A DNA stretch of 62,150 bases, the filler included, from Globobulimina sp. (taxonomy: Eukaryota): the NCBI GenBank assembly GCA_003354225.1. It is 15 parts of 15 records of this genome, joined end to end, with 100 filler letters (N's around TTAATTAATTAA, not from the genome) between each part and the next. Parts side by side here need not be neighbours in the genome. Positions count along the whole stretch, not along the records: positions 33,221 to 37,270 come from PIVH01001685.1; positions 37,371 to 41,418 come from PIVH01001686.1; positions 41,519 to 45,566 come from PIVH01001687.1; positions 45,667 to 49,713 come from PIVH01001688.1; 11 more parts are not named here. One strand, 5' to 3'. Below the pieces are notes generated by a model. The model saw nothing but the letters and a program-made list of their open reading frames with translations, did no database searches and had not been told where the DNA came from. How positions within the stretch are numbered: position 1 is the first letter of the stretch; every line of letters begins with the position of its first letter. Positions 35,397 to 46,705 of the stretch are shown here, one piece after another. Both the position numbers and the translations under genes were made by a program.

Positions 35397-36914
35397 ATGA
35401 GTGCATACAACAGTTTGAGAGTCAATGGAAGTGAATCATTTGAGTCAGAAAATGATTTGTTATCAACGAAGTATGTATCATTCGGACATGTAGTTAGAGC
35501 CCAACATCCACATAAAAAAGTCAGTAATGCATCAACATATTCAGTAACAAATACACCAGCATTTAGCAAAGAATTATCATTATTCCCAGTGTTTGATAAA
35601 TTTATCCTATATACACCGACTTATGTCATTAAAAATAGGAATAAAAAAATTCATATTCCAATTTTAATTCTTATTATATTTATATTTATTTTACGAACAT
35701 TCAATCATTTAATTTATTATATTTCTATTGACGACAAACATGACAATCAATATGCAACTGAAATATTTGTAGCGTTGATGTTTTTATTACCTTTTATGCA
35801 TAATATCATTCGAATACATTATTTTTTAAAACATTTCAATTTTAAATTGTGGCATTATCCATCATATATTCCTCAACAATCTGGAATCAACACTATAAAT
35901 ACGCAAATTTTAAATAAATTATCATTTTTATTGCAAAGGCCTTCATATTTAAAAAAACAAATTAGCAAAAACTTTCGAATCGGTTGGTTTTGTATTATGA
36001 CACTTATATTTACATCAATTATATTTAGAATACTTGTATGGATCCAACAGTCTCAATCGTCAGTAATTGATTATTTTGGAATAAGTGTATTTACTGCGTC
36101 GATATACGGCTTTATATGGTGTTTTATCTATGCGTTTGTCTTTGATATACCTGATTTGTTATGTTTGTTAGTGGCAAGAATACATTTTACTGAATGCCAA
36201 TTATATATTACACATTTTACGCAAGAATTAATTACAATGAGTTTGAAAGAAGTGGTTGAATTGAATGTATTTGACAAATATATAACAATGCAGAAGGATA
36301 TAAAGAATTTGATCAAACACTTTTATTACTTTATTATTGTTATGTCATTGGAAGTATTGTTTGGAATTTGGTACGGGATTAATTATATATTATCAATTAA
36401 AACATGGAGTAATAGTATTTCATTATGGATCATCTTTTGGATCTTATCAACTTTGATAATTTTATTAGAATTAATGTTTGCGTTATGGCCCGCCATCAAT
36501 ATGAGTGAATTAAATAATGTGTTGTTGGAAAATGTAAATCTTAAAATTGATGATATTATGAGCAGCGGCGTAACATTTCATGATGAAGATTTCTTAAATA
36601 ATTTCATGGATATTGTCTGTAAACAAAGCAGAATAAAACACAAAAAAAACAACAAATATTCATACACAGGGAATCTATCTCGATATAATACGATGAAATT
36701 TAATGATAAAACAATGGAATTAAAGGATAAATTAAGTCAATATTCCATACAAAAGGAGAGTTTGGTAATATTGAATCAATTGTTGCATGAAATTGAAGTC
36801 AATCCATGCTCATATAAACTAATTGGTGTTACGATCGATAAATATTCTCTCAGAGACATTATCATCGCGCTCATTGTTGCTCAAATATTTTCAGTCATGT
36901 GGACGTCTGTGTAA
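35397..36914 (+). CDS. Seven-TM protein resembling gustatory-receptor-like (7TMIC/DUF3537-type) channels
   Basis: Seven hydrophobic segments, long loops after TM4 and TM6, C-terminal YKLIGVTIDKYSLRDIIIALIVAQIF. Confidence 0.55.
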   Translation: MSAYNSLRVNGSESFESENDLLSTKYVSFGHVVRAQHPHKKVSNASTYSVTNTPAFSKELSLFPVFDKFILYTPTYVIKNRNKKIHIPILILIIFIFILRTFNHLIYYISIDDKHDNQYATEIFVALMFLLPFMHNIIRIHYFLKHFNFKLWHYPSYIPQQSGINTINTQILNKLSFLLQRPSYLKKQISKNFRIGWFCIMTLIFTSIIFRILVWIQQSQSSVIDYFGISVFTASIYGFIWCFIYAFVFDIPDLLCLLVARIHFTECQLYITHFTQELITMSLKEVVELNVFDKYITMQKDIKNLIKHFYYFIIVMSLEVLFGIWYGINYILSIKTWSNSISLWIIFWILSTLIILLELMFALWPAINMSELNNVLLENVNLKIDDIMSSGVTFHDEDFLNNFMDIVCKQSRIKHKKNNKYSYTGNLSRYNTMKFNDKTMELKDKLSQYSIQKESLVILNQLLHEIEVNPCSYKLIGVTIDKYSLRDIIIALIVAQIFSVMWTSV

Positions 36915-37070
36915 TTAATGATGCTGTATTTTGTTTGTGTGTATGTGTTCTTTCTTAATTAAATCGCGTGACAGCAAAAAAAGCTAACAGGCAAATGATG
37001 CAACAATTCGGATTGTTTAAAAAGTGATTTTTGTGCAAGGTGTTCACTGTAAAGACTAAATCTGTAATCA

Positions 37071-37270
37071 ATGTCAACTTTTGCAGTTGAAGAGCCACCA
37101 CAGAAAAAACAGAAACTCACACCAAATAAAAGTATTACACGAAATTGCGAAGAAGAAAAAGACGAACGGAAAACATCAGAGGAGCCATATTATTACAATT
37201 TACACATAAACCCAGACGTAATTTTAGTGTCAACCGACCCAGACATTCCATGCAACACTAATTTTGATAT
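37071..37270 (+). CDS. Hypothetical protein, N-terminal fragment (NLS-like PPQKKQKL)
   Basis: ORF runs into the spacer. Confidence 0.4.
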
Positions 37271-37902
37271 NNNNNNNNNNNNNNNNNNNNNNNNNNNNNN
37301 NNNNNNNNNNNNNNTTAATTAATTAANNNNNNNNNNNNNNNNNNNNNNNNNNNNNNNNNNNNNNNNNNNNGTGACCGTCTTTTCCTTGTAAAGAGGGCAT
37401 AGGTTGACATGGTCATTCACAAAAAAAATTTATCAGTCACAAAAAATCGGGTAGCTTGAAATACTTTGAAGAGTTGAGATATCTCAGAAACATGTCACTT
37501 ATATTCACCCACAAAATATATGTACTATTTGGGCTTGTAATCAAAAGATGAGAACATGTGGATATCGATAATCAAAAGATATTTTCCTGTCGATGCACCT
37601 CTCCATATCACCATATTTGATTTTTGATTCGATCCATTCTCTATCATTCGATCTCACTCTTTTTAGTAGCCCCAATGACGCTTCGACATTAATGATTAAT
37701 ATTTTGGAGCCATCATTGATTACTCGAACTTTAGAGAATAAAGGAGCTGCAGTCACTGAATCAAATGGGCCATCACCACGGCAGATTTATCAATATTTTT
37801 CATTGAATGCCTCGTATTTTATGGGTACAAAAAGAAAGCTAGAATGGTGAAGCAAGCCGTTTTTATTTTATGCATAGAAAGATTCAAATCATTCAGTTCA
37901 AT

Positions 37903-38745
37903 TTAAATGGAATGTGTTGCAGCTAAGAAAACCTTCTGGACAAAGAATCCATCATTTTCTCTGTCTACAACACCATTATACACAAAATGTTCACCTTCGA
38001 TAAGTTTGTCAATTTGAATTACTTTTCGCTGGTTTTTGTAAAATGTGATTATATTTTTATTCAAATCAACACAAAATGAAATCCAATCATATCGATCATA
38101 ATCATATTTTTTATCAATTGTTTTGTATCGTCGCTCACCAAATGCATGAATTCTATGTCTATAATAATAAAATAGAGATTCTTTTTTGTTTTCAACATAA
38201 GCATATTCGCCGTATATTGATTTATCAATTATACCAATCCACATTTCTGAGCTTCTTCCTGTGACATATGTATCAATCCGAATATTCCCATTACATTCAA
38301 AAGTTAATAAATTCTCGTTATTTATCACATTTATAAAATCATTACTTGCATTGTCGAAGATGACTGTATTCAATTTCTCATTGAATGATAACTGTTTAAG
38401 TGCTGATTCTGATAACACTGTTTTATCAAATTGAAATGGAGAATAATTTGCATATTTTGCAATTTCATAAATTATATGCGATAAATTCTGAGTATATAAA
38501 AATGCGAATGATTTATTGTTATAAATTGCAACTTCAATTATTTTGCGTAAATTTGTTAAATTCTTTTCTGTTTCACCGAAATATGGACATGATAATTCAA
38601 ATAAAACTTTATGAAAATGATGGTGATCTTGTGGATAAATACAGTAATTATTGTCATCGTATAATTTAGGAATTAACTGATATTTAAAATGCAATATATC
38701 ATAAAATACAAAATACAGATCTCGAGCACATGGGATGAAATCCAT
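37903..38745 (-). CDS. SPRY-like domain protein
   Basis: MWIGII and DWISFCVDLNKNIITFYKN. Confidence 0.6.
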   Translation of the reverse strand: MDFIPCARDLYFVFYDILHFKYQLIPKLYDDNNYCIYPQDHHHFHKVLFELSCPYFGETEKNLTNLRKIIEVAIYNNKSFAFLYTQNLSHIIYEIAKYANYSPFQFDKTVLSESALKQLSFNEKLNTVIFDNASNDFINVINNENLLTFECNGNIRIDTYVTGRSSEMWIGIIDKSIYGEYAYVENKKESLFYYYRHRIHAFGERRYKTIDKKYDYDRYDWISFCVDLNKNIITFYKNQRKVIQIDKLIEGEHFVYNGVVDRENDGFFVQKVFLAATHSI

Positions 38746-38806
38746 TCCTCTGTTAATCCGCCTACTTAGTTATTACAACACATTACGCATTCAACAAGTA
38801 AGTTTT

Positions 38807-40084
38807 TTACAGTCTGAACACTTCATAAGAGACAACTTTCAGCAGTTGAACAAAATCATCATCAATAGCAGCTTTGTCAGAGAAATCCAATGCTGCCATA
38901 TTCTGTGCTATTTCTGGAAACATTCCTTCCGCTAACTCTGATATTTCACACAATTGCAAGTCTGCCACAAAATCACTTGCAAAATGCAACAATAATTCGG
39001 TTGGATCGATATAATATTTATCTACAAAACGTTTAACCTTTCCACCATGTGATATCTGTGTATAATTACTTTGCAACAAAATAGACCATGAAGCGTATGG
39101 TTTGTGTATTTCATTAATTATAACATCCCCATTTATATTCGAATTCCTTTCTGATTTAACTGAACATTCAAAACAATCGAATGAAACCGATGACAGTGTC
39201 ACTAATATATGATTATAATTGGTATATATGACAGTCAATGTATTTGTTATATCATTACATTTCTCATCAAATGCTTGTGCACTGTCACTGTTTGAAGCAA
39301 ATATCTTTTCTGCATAGAAATGCTTCACATCTCCGGATGCATTAAACATGAATCTCGAAATTTGCATTAAAACTAAAAAAATAAAATTTATTTGTCTCAT
39401 ATTCAATATATTCGAATCCATAATAAAGTCCCCATAAAAGTGGCAGCATAAAACTTTCATCGAATCTGGTATTATCATATTGTATTTATCCTCAATTTGC
39501 TCTCGAATATAACCAAAAAGCAATCCATAAATCATATGTTTTTTATCCGTAAATGGTGGAATGTTGTCATCATTTCTTAATTTATTCTTTTTATTTGATA
39601 TGGATTCACTTTCAAAGTGTTTATCCAATATAACATGATATTTCTCTTCGAGTTGCGGAAGATAGCGGCCTTCGATGGGATGCAATATTCCCAAAACACT
39701 ATGGATGGTATTCTGCCGCGTTGAGATGGATCGTAACTGATCTTGGATCGTTTGAAACTTTTCTCGCAGTTTGTCCTCGTCTTTCGAGAATATGTCTGCT
39801 TGCTGCTGTGCGTCTGCTATATTCTCATAATCATCTAACGATGCTCGTAAATTGCGCATTGCTTTGCTATATGCCTCCATATCTTTCAATACATTTTGTT
39901 CTTGGACTTGTATTTTATAACAAGATTGCCTCAATGAACTGTATAAGGCTGCTACTAAACGCACACACATTAATGTAATTTGCCATGGCTCCTCATGTGA
40001 TGCGTCTGTCTCAGTCTCTACACAAATGGTGTTGCTAGTGTTCAAATCTTGCTGTGTTGTCCGTTTTAGCTGATTTGATGCCAT
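38807..40084 (-). CDS. Coiled-coil + TLDc-like domain protein
   Basis: IFASNSDSAQAFDEKCNDITNTLTVIYTNYNHIL and terminal YEVF. Confidence 0.6.
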   Translation of the reverse strand: MASNQLKRTTQQDLNTSNTICVETETDASHEEPWQITLMCVRLVAALYSSLRQSCYKIQVQEQNVLKDMEAYSKAMRNLRASLDDYENIADAQQQADIFSKDEDKLREKFQTIQDQLRSISTRQNTIHSVLGILHPIEGRYLPQLEEKYHVILDKHFESESISNKKNKLRNDDNIPPFTDKKHMIYGLLFGYIREQIEDKYNMIIPDSMKVLCCHFYGDFIMDSNILNMRQINFIFLVLMQISRFMFNASGDVKHFYAEKIFASNSDSAQAFDEKCNDITNTLTVIYTNYNHILVTLSSVSFDCFECSVKSERNSNINGDVIINEIHKPYASWSILLQSNYTQISHGGKVKRFVDKYYIDPTELLLHFASDFVADLQLCEISELAEGMFPEIAQNMAALDFSDKAAIDDDFVQLLKVVSYEVFRL

Positions 40085-40137
40085 TATTATATGGATATTT
40101 AGAGGCAAACTGTAAATTTAGTCCAGTAAATTTAGTC

Positions 40138-41418
40138 ATGTCAACAGTGAATGAATTGATGAAGTCATTAGAAATAACATTAGCAGCATTAAAGAACAAA
40201 GGCAAATCCATCAAAGATATATTATGGGATCTAATCATAAAATATGATGATGACAGATACAAAAATGAAGAAGAAAAAGAAACTATTAACTGTAGAAAAA
40301 ATCAGTGTGAAATCTCGAAACTCGTTGATTTTAAAAATGTGAATAGTATGTGCGACAAAGGCCATTCTATGATGACCCGCAGATCCGGCGGACACCGGGA
40401 TGTCTGCAATGATTGTCGCAGCACTGAGGATGTCAAAGGATGTTTGCTGTGCTGTATCCACGATGTATATAATTCAGGTGGCGGCAAACAATATTTATGG
40501 TGCAAGAAATGTAGAACACACAACGTTTATCAGTTAAATATCAAATGCCAAAGAGATGAAGACAAAAGAAAGATTATTAGGAGCATATTATTCAGAAATC
40601 CCTCATTAGCTCTTGATAATTTGTGTGGTATCCCCACAGCACTCCATTTCTGTCAAACTGTGAATGAAATTGTAAATTTGGATACGTTGCAGCGAAGCAC
40701 GTATACGCTGTATCTGATCAGTTTGGATAATTTGAAAGGCATTGGCAGTGCCATTGGAACAGATGGCGCTGACAAACTGGTGGCTGATATGGCGGAAATA
40801 TTCAAGAAGCGGCAAATGGAAATCAATGATAACATTTGGAACAATGACAGAGAGGGATGGATGCATCGAATGTTTATATTTAGGTTTGCCATTTACTGTC
40901 AATGTTTTTTTTGTAATTTAATACATAGATTTTATACTTAAGACAAAGTGAGAATGAATTTTCTTTAATTGTGCAAAGTGGGAATGCTTATGGTGGATAT
41001 CAAGAAAAACAAGGGAGATTTTATAAATCGTGGAATAAAGATATGTTTGCAGTTTGCGACAAATATTTATCCGACATTTCAGTAGAAACTGCAGAAAAGT
41101 CCTCAGCTGAACTTCGAGAAAGAACCAGACGGAATATATTGTCGTCAATGGAGGGATTGAGCATAGCAAACGATATAAAATATAAATTGAATGAAGCAAT
41201 AAACAAAAAAACATTTAATTTATCATTGGGTAAGATATCGGTTGGAATGTATTGTATTAAGTTTCCTTTCCCCAAACAACAGAGCAATGACGATTGGATC
41301 AAAGGCGCGCAGAGAGCCCAGGGGATAGTAAAAACATTGAGGGGTAAAACGGACATAAAAATATTTACGCAGTATAATGATAAATATGAAGTTGTGGACG
41401 GCAATTCGTTTTGGAATA
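40138..41418 (+). CDS. Zn-finger + degenerate GGDEF-domain protein with a spliceosomal intron, partial
   Basis: DNLCGIPT, ISLDNLKGIGSAIGTDGADKLV; intron 40884-40942 gives FRQSENEF; then ISVG and AQRAQGIVKTLRGK. Confidence 0.7.
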
Positions 41419-41518
41419 NNNNNNNNNNNNNNNNNNNNNNNNNNNNNNNNNNNNNNNNNNNNTTAATTAATTAANNNNNNNNNNNNNNNNNNNNNNNNNN
41501 NNNNNNNNNNNNNNNNNN

Positions 41519-42315
41519 CGCCATCGGCCTGGCGGACTTGTACTCGAGGTTGCCGTTTTTGTAATGTCAAAACTGGCCATCCTAATGGTCAGTTGCAAAA
41601 TGATGAACCAGAAAAAATTGCCACAGCCTCCGCTGATTTAGGATTACGGTATGTTGTCGTAACTTCTGTGGATCGTGATGATTTACCGGATGGTGGTGCG
41701 AAACATATCGGTGATACAGTTTCAGCAATAAAAGTTATATCCTACTCCAACGCATAAACATGCAATTGATTGCATTGAATTGTTTGATTGTAGGCAGGTG
41801 ATAAGGCTCCATATGTGGAAGTATTGACCCCTGACTTTGATGGGAATGAAGCCAGTATCGAATATGTGGTTAGCTCTGGATTGGATGTTTTTGCTCACAA
41901 TGTGGAAACTGTCAGGCAATTAACAGGGAAAGTACGTGATAGGCGAGCTGATTACGAACAGAGTTTGAATGTATTGAAATATGCGAAACAATATGCTGCG
42001 AGACTTGATAGGACATTGGTGACCAAAACGAGCGTCATGTTGGGTTGTGGTGAAAGTGATGATGAAGTGCAACAGACTATGCATGATTTAAGGGAGTATG
42101 GTGTTGATGTTGTGACTTTTGGACAGTATTTGCAACCGTCGCGGGGACATATGAAAGTGGAGGAATATGTGCATCCGAATAAATTTGAATATTGGAAGCA
42201 AGTTGCTGATGAGCTGGGTTTCTTATACTGTGCTAGTGGACCATTGGTTAGATCTAGTTACAAGGCTGGCGAGTTTTTCTTGAGAGATTACTTGCAAAAA
42301 CAAAGTGACAAATGA
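41519..42315 (+). CDS. LIAS: Lipoyl synthase (radical SAM), 5'-partial, eukaryotic
   Basis: [51 protein letters not shown]. Intron 41734-41793. Confidence 0.95.
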
Positions 42316-42392
42316 GTGCGCAACAGCGGATTCTTACGGACTTGTTATAGCAAAGACATTAAACTCAACACATTGTTAAAATCTCAGAATGC

Positions 42393-42830
42393 CTATTTCT
42401 TGATATTATTGACTTCAATGCCTGTCTCGAGCGTATTCAATGTTATTTCTAGTTTATTGGTTATGTAATTGATAGTGTCCATATTGACTGTTTTTAAACA
42501 AATTAACGTCATGATTAATGTTGATTTATTGGATAAAATATGAATTAAAATGCAATTATCATAATAGGATACCAATGATGTACATGGTCCAAAATCTAAT
42601 TTTGATGCTTGTTGAATGGCATATTGAATTGATGACAATTCTGGATCATCAGTTTTGTCCATTAATTCTGACACAAATGCTTTTGAAACAGTCACTCCAT
42701 CCACATCGGTTATTATAATCCCTTGTAAATCCTCTACTTTCTCCACAACTTGTGTCAATAATTGATGTATATTCAATTTCTTTTTGTCTCTTTGGTTCAC
42801 TCCTGATATTGTCACATTTTCCTGTGCCAT
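42393..42830 (-). CDS. LAMTOR3: Ragulator subunit LAMTOR3/MP1-like (roadblock fold)
   Basis: VEDLQGIIITDVDGV...QQASKLDFG...SLVSYY. Confidence 0.8.
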   Translation of the reverse strand: MAQENVTISGVNQRDKKKLNIHQLLTQVVEKVEDLQGIIITDVDGVTVSKAFVSELMDKTDDPELSSIQYAIQQASKLDFGPCTSLVSYYDNCILIHILSNKSTLIMTLICLKTVNMDTINYITNKLEITLNTLETGIEVNNIKK

Positions 42831-42884
42831 TATTATTAGTAACCTTTAGAAAAAAACTTTGGTCTTCATCAAATTCGTCAAACC

Positions 42885-45227
42885 ATGGAAGATATCAACC
42901 AACATTTTGAACAATTGCGTCGATTGTTGGTGAAATTGGGTTATCCTCACTCTGTGGACAAAGACCGGTAAATAAATGTACTTAACAATTTTACAACAAC
43001 CAAAGTTATATACAGTGCATGCTTTTTACTAAATACATAGAATTTGTGCAGGAATCACAACGGAATTATTGCCATTACTCCATTATGGTTTATTATCACA
43101 TAGTCAATCATTAGCATCCTTTGTGTTGGACGCAGGCTATGATTTATATAAAAAAAATGACTTGAGATTCACCGAAGGGATTTACAAATTGTTACGCAAT
43201 GAATTTAAATACAATCCGGTATTGCAATGTTCTCAGTTTCTAACCGATAAAGGTTTCGCAAAGCGAAAAATTCAATTTGTTGTCAAATGTCTGGAGTTAG
43301 GTATTTCTAAACACAATCAATTGATTAAAAAAAAAAAATTAGAAAGCCAATCTAAAATATCATGGAATAAAACTAAATTAGCGAAAAAAGTTGAAAATAT
43401 CATTAAAAGCAACAACAACAACCATAATAATAAAAATAAAAAAGTAACACACACCAAAATTGTTAAAAAAATACCAAATAAACCAAAACAAATAATTGCA
43501 ACACAAACTATAACACAGCAACAACAGCAAGACCCTGACAATGATGATAATGATAATAATTATAGCTTGAACGATTCGTCTTTGTGTGTGGATGAAATAA
43601 GGAATGATTTGCCGCAACCTATTATCATTCACAATAAATCCACGGAAATTAACAACGATAATCAAACACAAAAGGAATACAAACAAAACGAAAATGAAAA
43701 CGACAGTGAAAGTGAAGAGAAAGCGGTGGAGATCAGCCATCAACAATTATATGCAGAGCAACAGCAACAAGAACAAGAACAGGAAGAAGAGCAACAGGAA
43801 GAAGAGGAGGAAGAGGAGGAAGAAGACGAAGTGGATCAAAGTATACAAATTCCGCAACATACATACGAGTTAAGATGAGATTACATATTTCATTTAACAG
43901 TTTGTTTACATTTTGTTTGTTTGTGGAAAGTATGAATTTAATTCCAGAATATGACCCAAATAAATATATGCATGTAATTAATGGCAAAAGCAACCGCGAT
44001 GAGATAGGTAATAATAATGACGATGATGGTGATGATGAGGAGAGTGATGAGATGGATATAGGTCAAACCAATGAGCATTACAGCGGTTCCTATCTGGAGA
44101 CTTATAGCACTTTGATGGATATACCACACAATTTATTGCAAAATGAGAATGATAAACATGGCAATTATTCCGAACAGAAACAAAATATACAAACTGTAAT
44201 TATCGGCCATCAACAAAACACGCAAACTATGCAAAGTGAAGAAAATCTGCAAAGTGAAGATGTAAATGATGATAATAACAATATTCATAATGACCGTGAC
44301 AGTGATTCTGATGATGATGGCAACGATGAACGGGAGGAGAACAACAATAACAACAACAATGATAATATGAACAATGCCATTGCACAAATAATGAGTCGGT
44401 TGGATGGAATGGAGAATAAAATGGATAAACAATTTGAAACTATCAATGCCCGCTTAACACTCTTAGAAGGAAAGATAAAATTTATCGAAAGTTCACAAAC
44501 ATCAAACAACAACAATGTCTCATCCACGTCGAATGGAAGAGCAATAAAATCGAGTTTAAGTTCAATGTATAAACCAATCTCAATAAAATCATCCGTTTCA
44601 TCCAAAGCCGAACCTAAAGAGTATAAACAATACGAGAATAATAATAATAATAACACGTTTAGTCAGAGCACAATTGGTTCGTCGTCGTTGCCTGTCTCAT
44701 TGACGCCAAATGTCAACACAAAATTCAATAAAAATGGGCCAAATATGCATAGCACAGTGGCCAAAACCATTGGAATACAAAATAATAATCAATATCCAAA
44801 GCATATTCATGCGCCCATTACACCGTCTCCTTTTATTACGAACCATAATCATAATAATAACAATAAGTATAATTATAATTATAATGTCCGTCCATTTGGA
44901 TATGGATCACAAATATCGAGTTCTTACAACGGACAGAATGGCAATAATCATAATGTTGCTTTCATGCGGTATCCAGTGAGCAGTTCGGCATCGGATAGAA
45001 ATGAAATGAAATCAAACGGAAGCAGTGGAGTAATGAGTGTAGCAACAAATAGTGCAAGTTTATATGTGCCGAAAATAGAATCTGTTCAAGCATTATCATC
45101 AACAAATGGTGCTAGTAATGATCCAGATAATACGTTGAATTTTATTAACGAATTGAAAGAAATGTTAAAAAATACGGATGAATTATTAAAAGCGAAACCA
45201 ATCAGCTTATATCAATCAAATATTTGA
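42885..45227 (+). CDS. CEP44: Centrosomal protein CEP44-like
   Basis: Intron 42968-43040. LLPLLHYGL...YDLYKKNDLRFTEGIYKLLRNEFKYNP...QF...GFAKRK. Second intron near 43869-43930. ARLTLLE coiled coil; N/Q/E low-complexity tracts. Confidence 0.85.
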
Positions 45228-45408
45228 CAAACATATATTTGTTTATTTATTGTTTTATGATTCATTCTTGTCTTTAAATTGTTTGTGGTTATTTAATATT
45301 CATTTACTTATTCTAAAAATTTATCGTTGTTTACAATGTACACACACATAAAGAATAAACGCACCCACTATATGCACGCATTTTTAGAGCAGTTAAGGGC
45401 TGAGGTAG

Positions 45409-45566
45409 GTGAATAGTATGAGTAACAAAACAATCCCTTTTTTGTCAGGAATTGACCATTGCCATATTAATGTAGATAACTTGCCCAGCGCAGTAGTGTG
45501 GTTTGAGCGAGTTCTTGGCTTTAAGGTTATAGAAGAACTTGCCTTTTGGGATGAAACCGGAAAAGG
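45409..45566 (+). CDS. VOC/glyoxalase family protein, N-terminal fragment (bacterial-like)
   Basis: IDHCHINVDNLPSAVVWFERVLGF with GAGGT upstream. Confidence 0.75.
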
Positions 45567-45677
45567 NNNNNNNNNNNNNNNNNNNNNNNNNNNNNNNNNN
45601 NNNNNNNNNNTTAATTAATTAANNNNNNNNNNNNNNNNNNNNNNNNNNNNNNNNNNNNNNNNNNNNACTTTTTCTTT

Positions 45678-46622
45678 TTAAATAGAAACAGAGCAAATCG
45701 ATGCATCTTTCAATGAAATAACTAATTTAAGTCGTTTAACTTGTTCAGGAATAATGATGGTTTTTTCTGTAATGGATTCCATTTTTTCGTTTTTTAATGT
45801 TATTACATTATTAATTAACACTAAAACAATAAAATCATAAATTGTTTTTGTTGTGATAGTTAACGCAGTTTTCGCGTGGTGGTTAATTAATAACTGTGTT
45901 GTTGTAAGTTTCATGCCATATGATTTAGTATAATCATTATAATCATTGGATGCAAAAAATTCAAAATCTATGTAACCATAATCAGCCAAACTAACAATTT
46001 GCGTCGCAAATACATAAATATAATCACTGAAAATTATTTTGTCGTCATAAATTGTACCAAAATCCGGTTGCTTAGGTGAACAGAATAACAAACTGCCATC
46101 AAAATCACAGGTATCAGGTTCAGGAAATAAGTGATAGGCATCATTTGTTTCTACGTCCTGTAAAGTACAATCTGTTATATTTCCATTGTTAACGATATAG
46201 GACATTATGATTTTAAATATGGATATTGGCGCATTTGGTTGAGCTTGCTCAAGCACATCATGATATTGAGGTGTTATTGCAAATATTGTAGATAGTGATA
46301 TTGTTGTTGGAGGTAATTTGTTTATCGGAGTCTCACAAACATCACTTGAATTAGGTGAAGTTAATTCTGTTCTTTGTTTTTTATGTGGTAAATCATCCAC
46401 AAAATTTGATTTTCTTTTTGCTAATGTTTGGAAATGTCCAAATTGACAAGATTCGCCATGCCTACAATTTCCTCGTTTGAAATATATGCATTGTTTTGAT
46501 TTTAATAAGTGTGCTTGTTGCTGTACACTAAGCTCTTTATGACGGTAATTACAACTGTCACCACGCTTGCAACCACCTGCTTGATTGAAATATTGGCATA
46601 CCTTATTAGCTGAATTTGACAT
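45678..46622 (-). CDS. Tandem CCCH zinc-finger protein
   Basis: CQYFNQAGGCKRGDSCNYRH and CIYFKRGNCRHGESCQFGH. Confidence 0.8.
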   Translation of the reverse strand: MSNSANKVCQYFNQAGGCKRGDSCNYRHKELSVQQQAHLLKSKQCIYFKRGNCRHGESCQFGHFQTLAKRKSNFVDDLPHKKQRTELTSPNSSDVCETPINKLPPTTISLSTIFAITPQYHDVLEQAQPNAPISIFKIIMSYIVNNGNITDCTLQDVETNDAYHLFPEPDTCDFDGSLLFCSPKQPDFGTIYDDKIIFSDYIYVFATQIVSLADYGYIDFEFFASNDYNDYTKSYGMKLTTTQLLINHHAKTALTITTKTIYDFIVLVLINNVITLKNEKMESITEKTIIIPEQVKRLKLVISLKDASICSVSI

Positions 46623-46705
46623 TGACTCAACGCAAACTGTCGCAAAGTGAATACAAAATACAAACAATACAATTAACTTTCCGGCCCTTTGAAGATAAAT
46701 AAAAC

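Noticed and set aside
43317-44979. Short hydrophobic antisense ORFs and trinucleotide tracts
   Set aside because: They are shadows of N/Q/E low-complexity codons in the CEP44-like gene.
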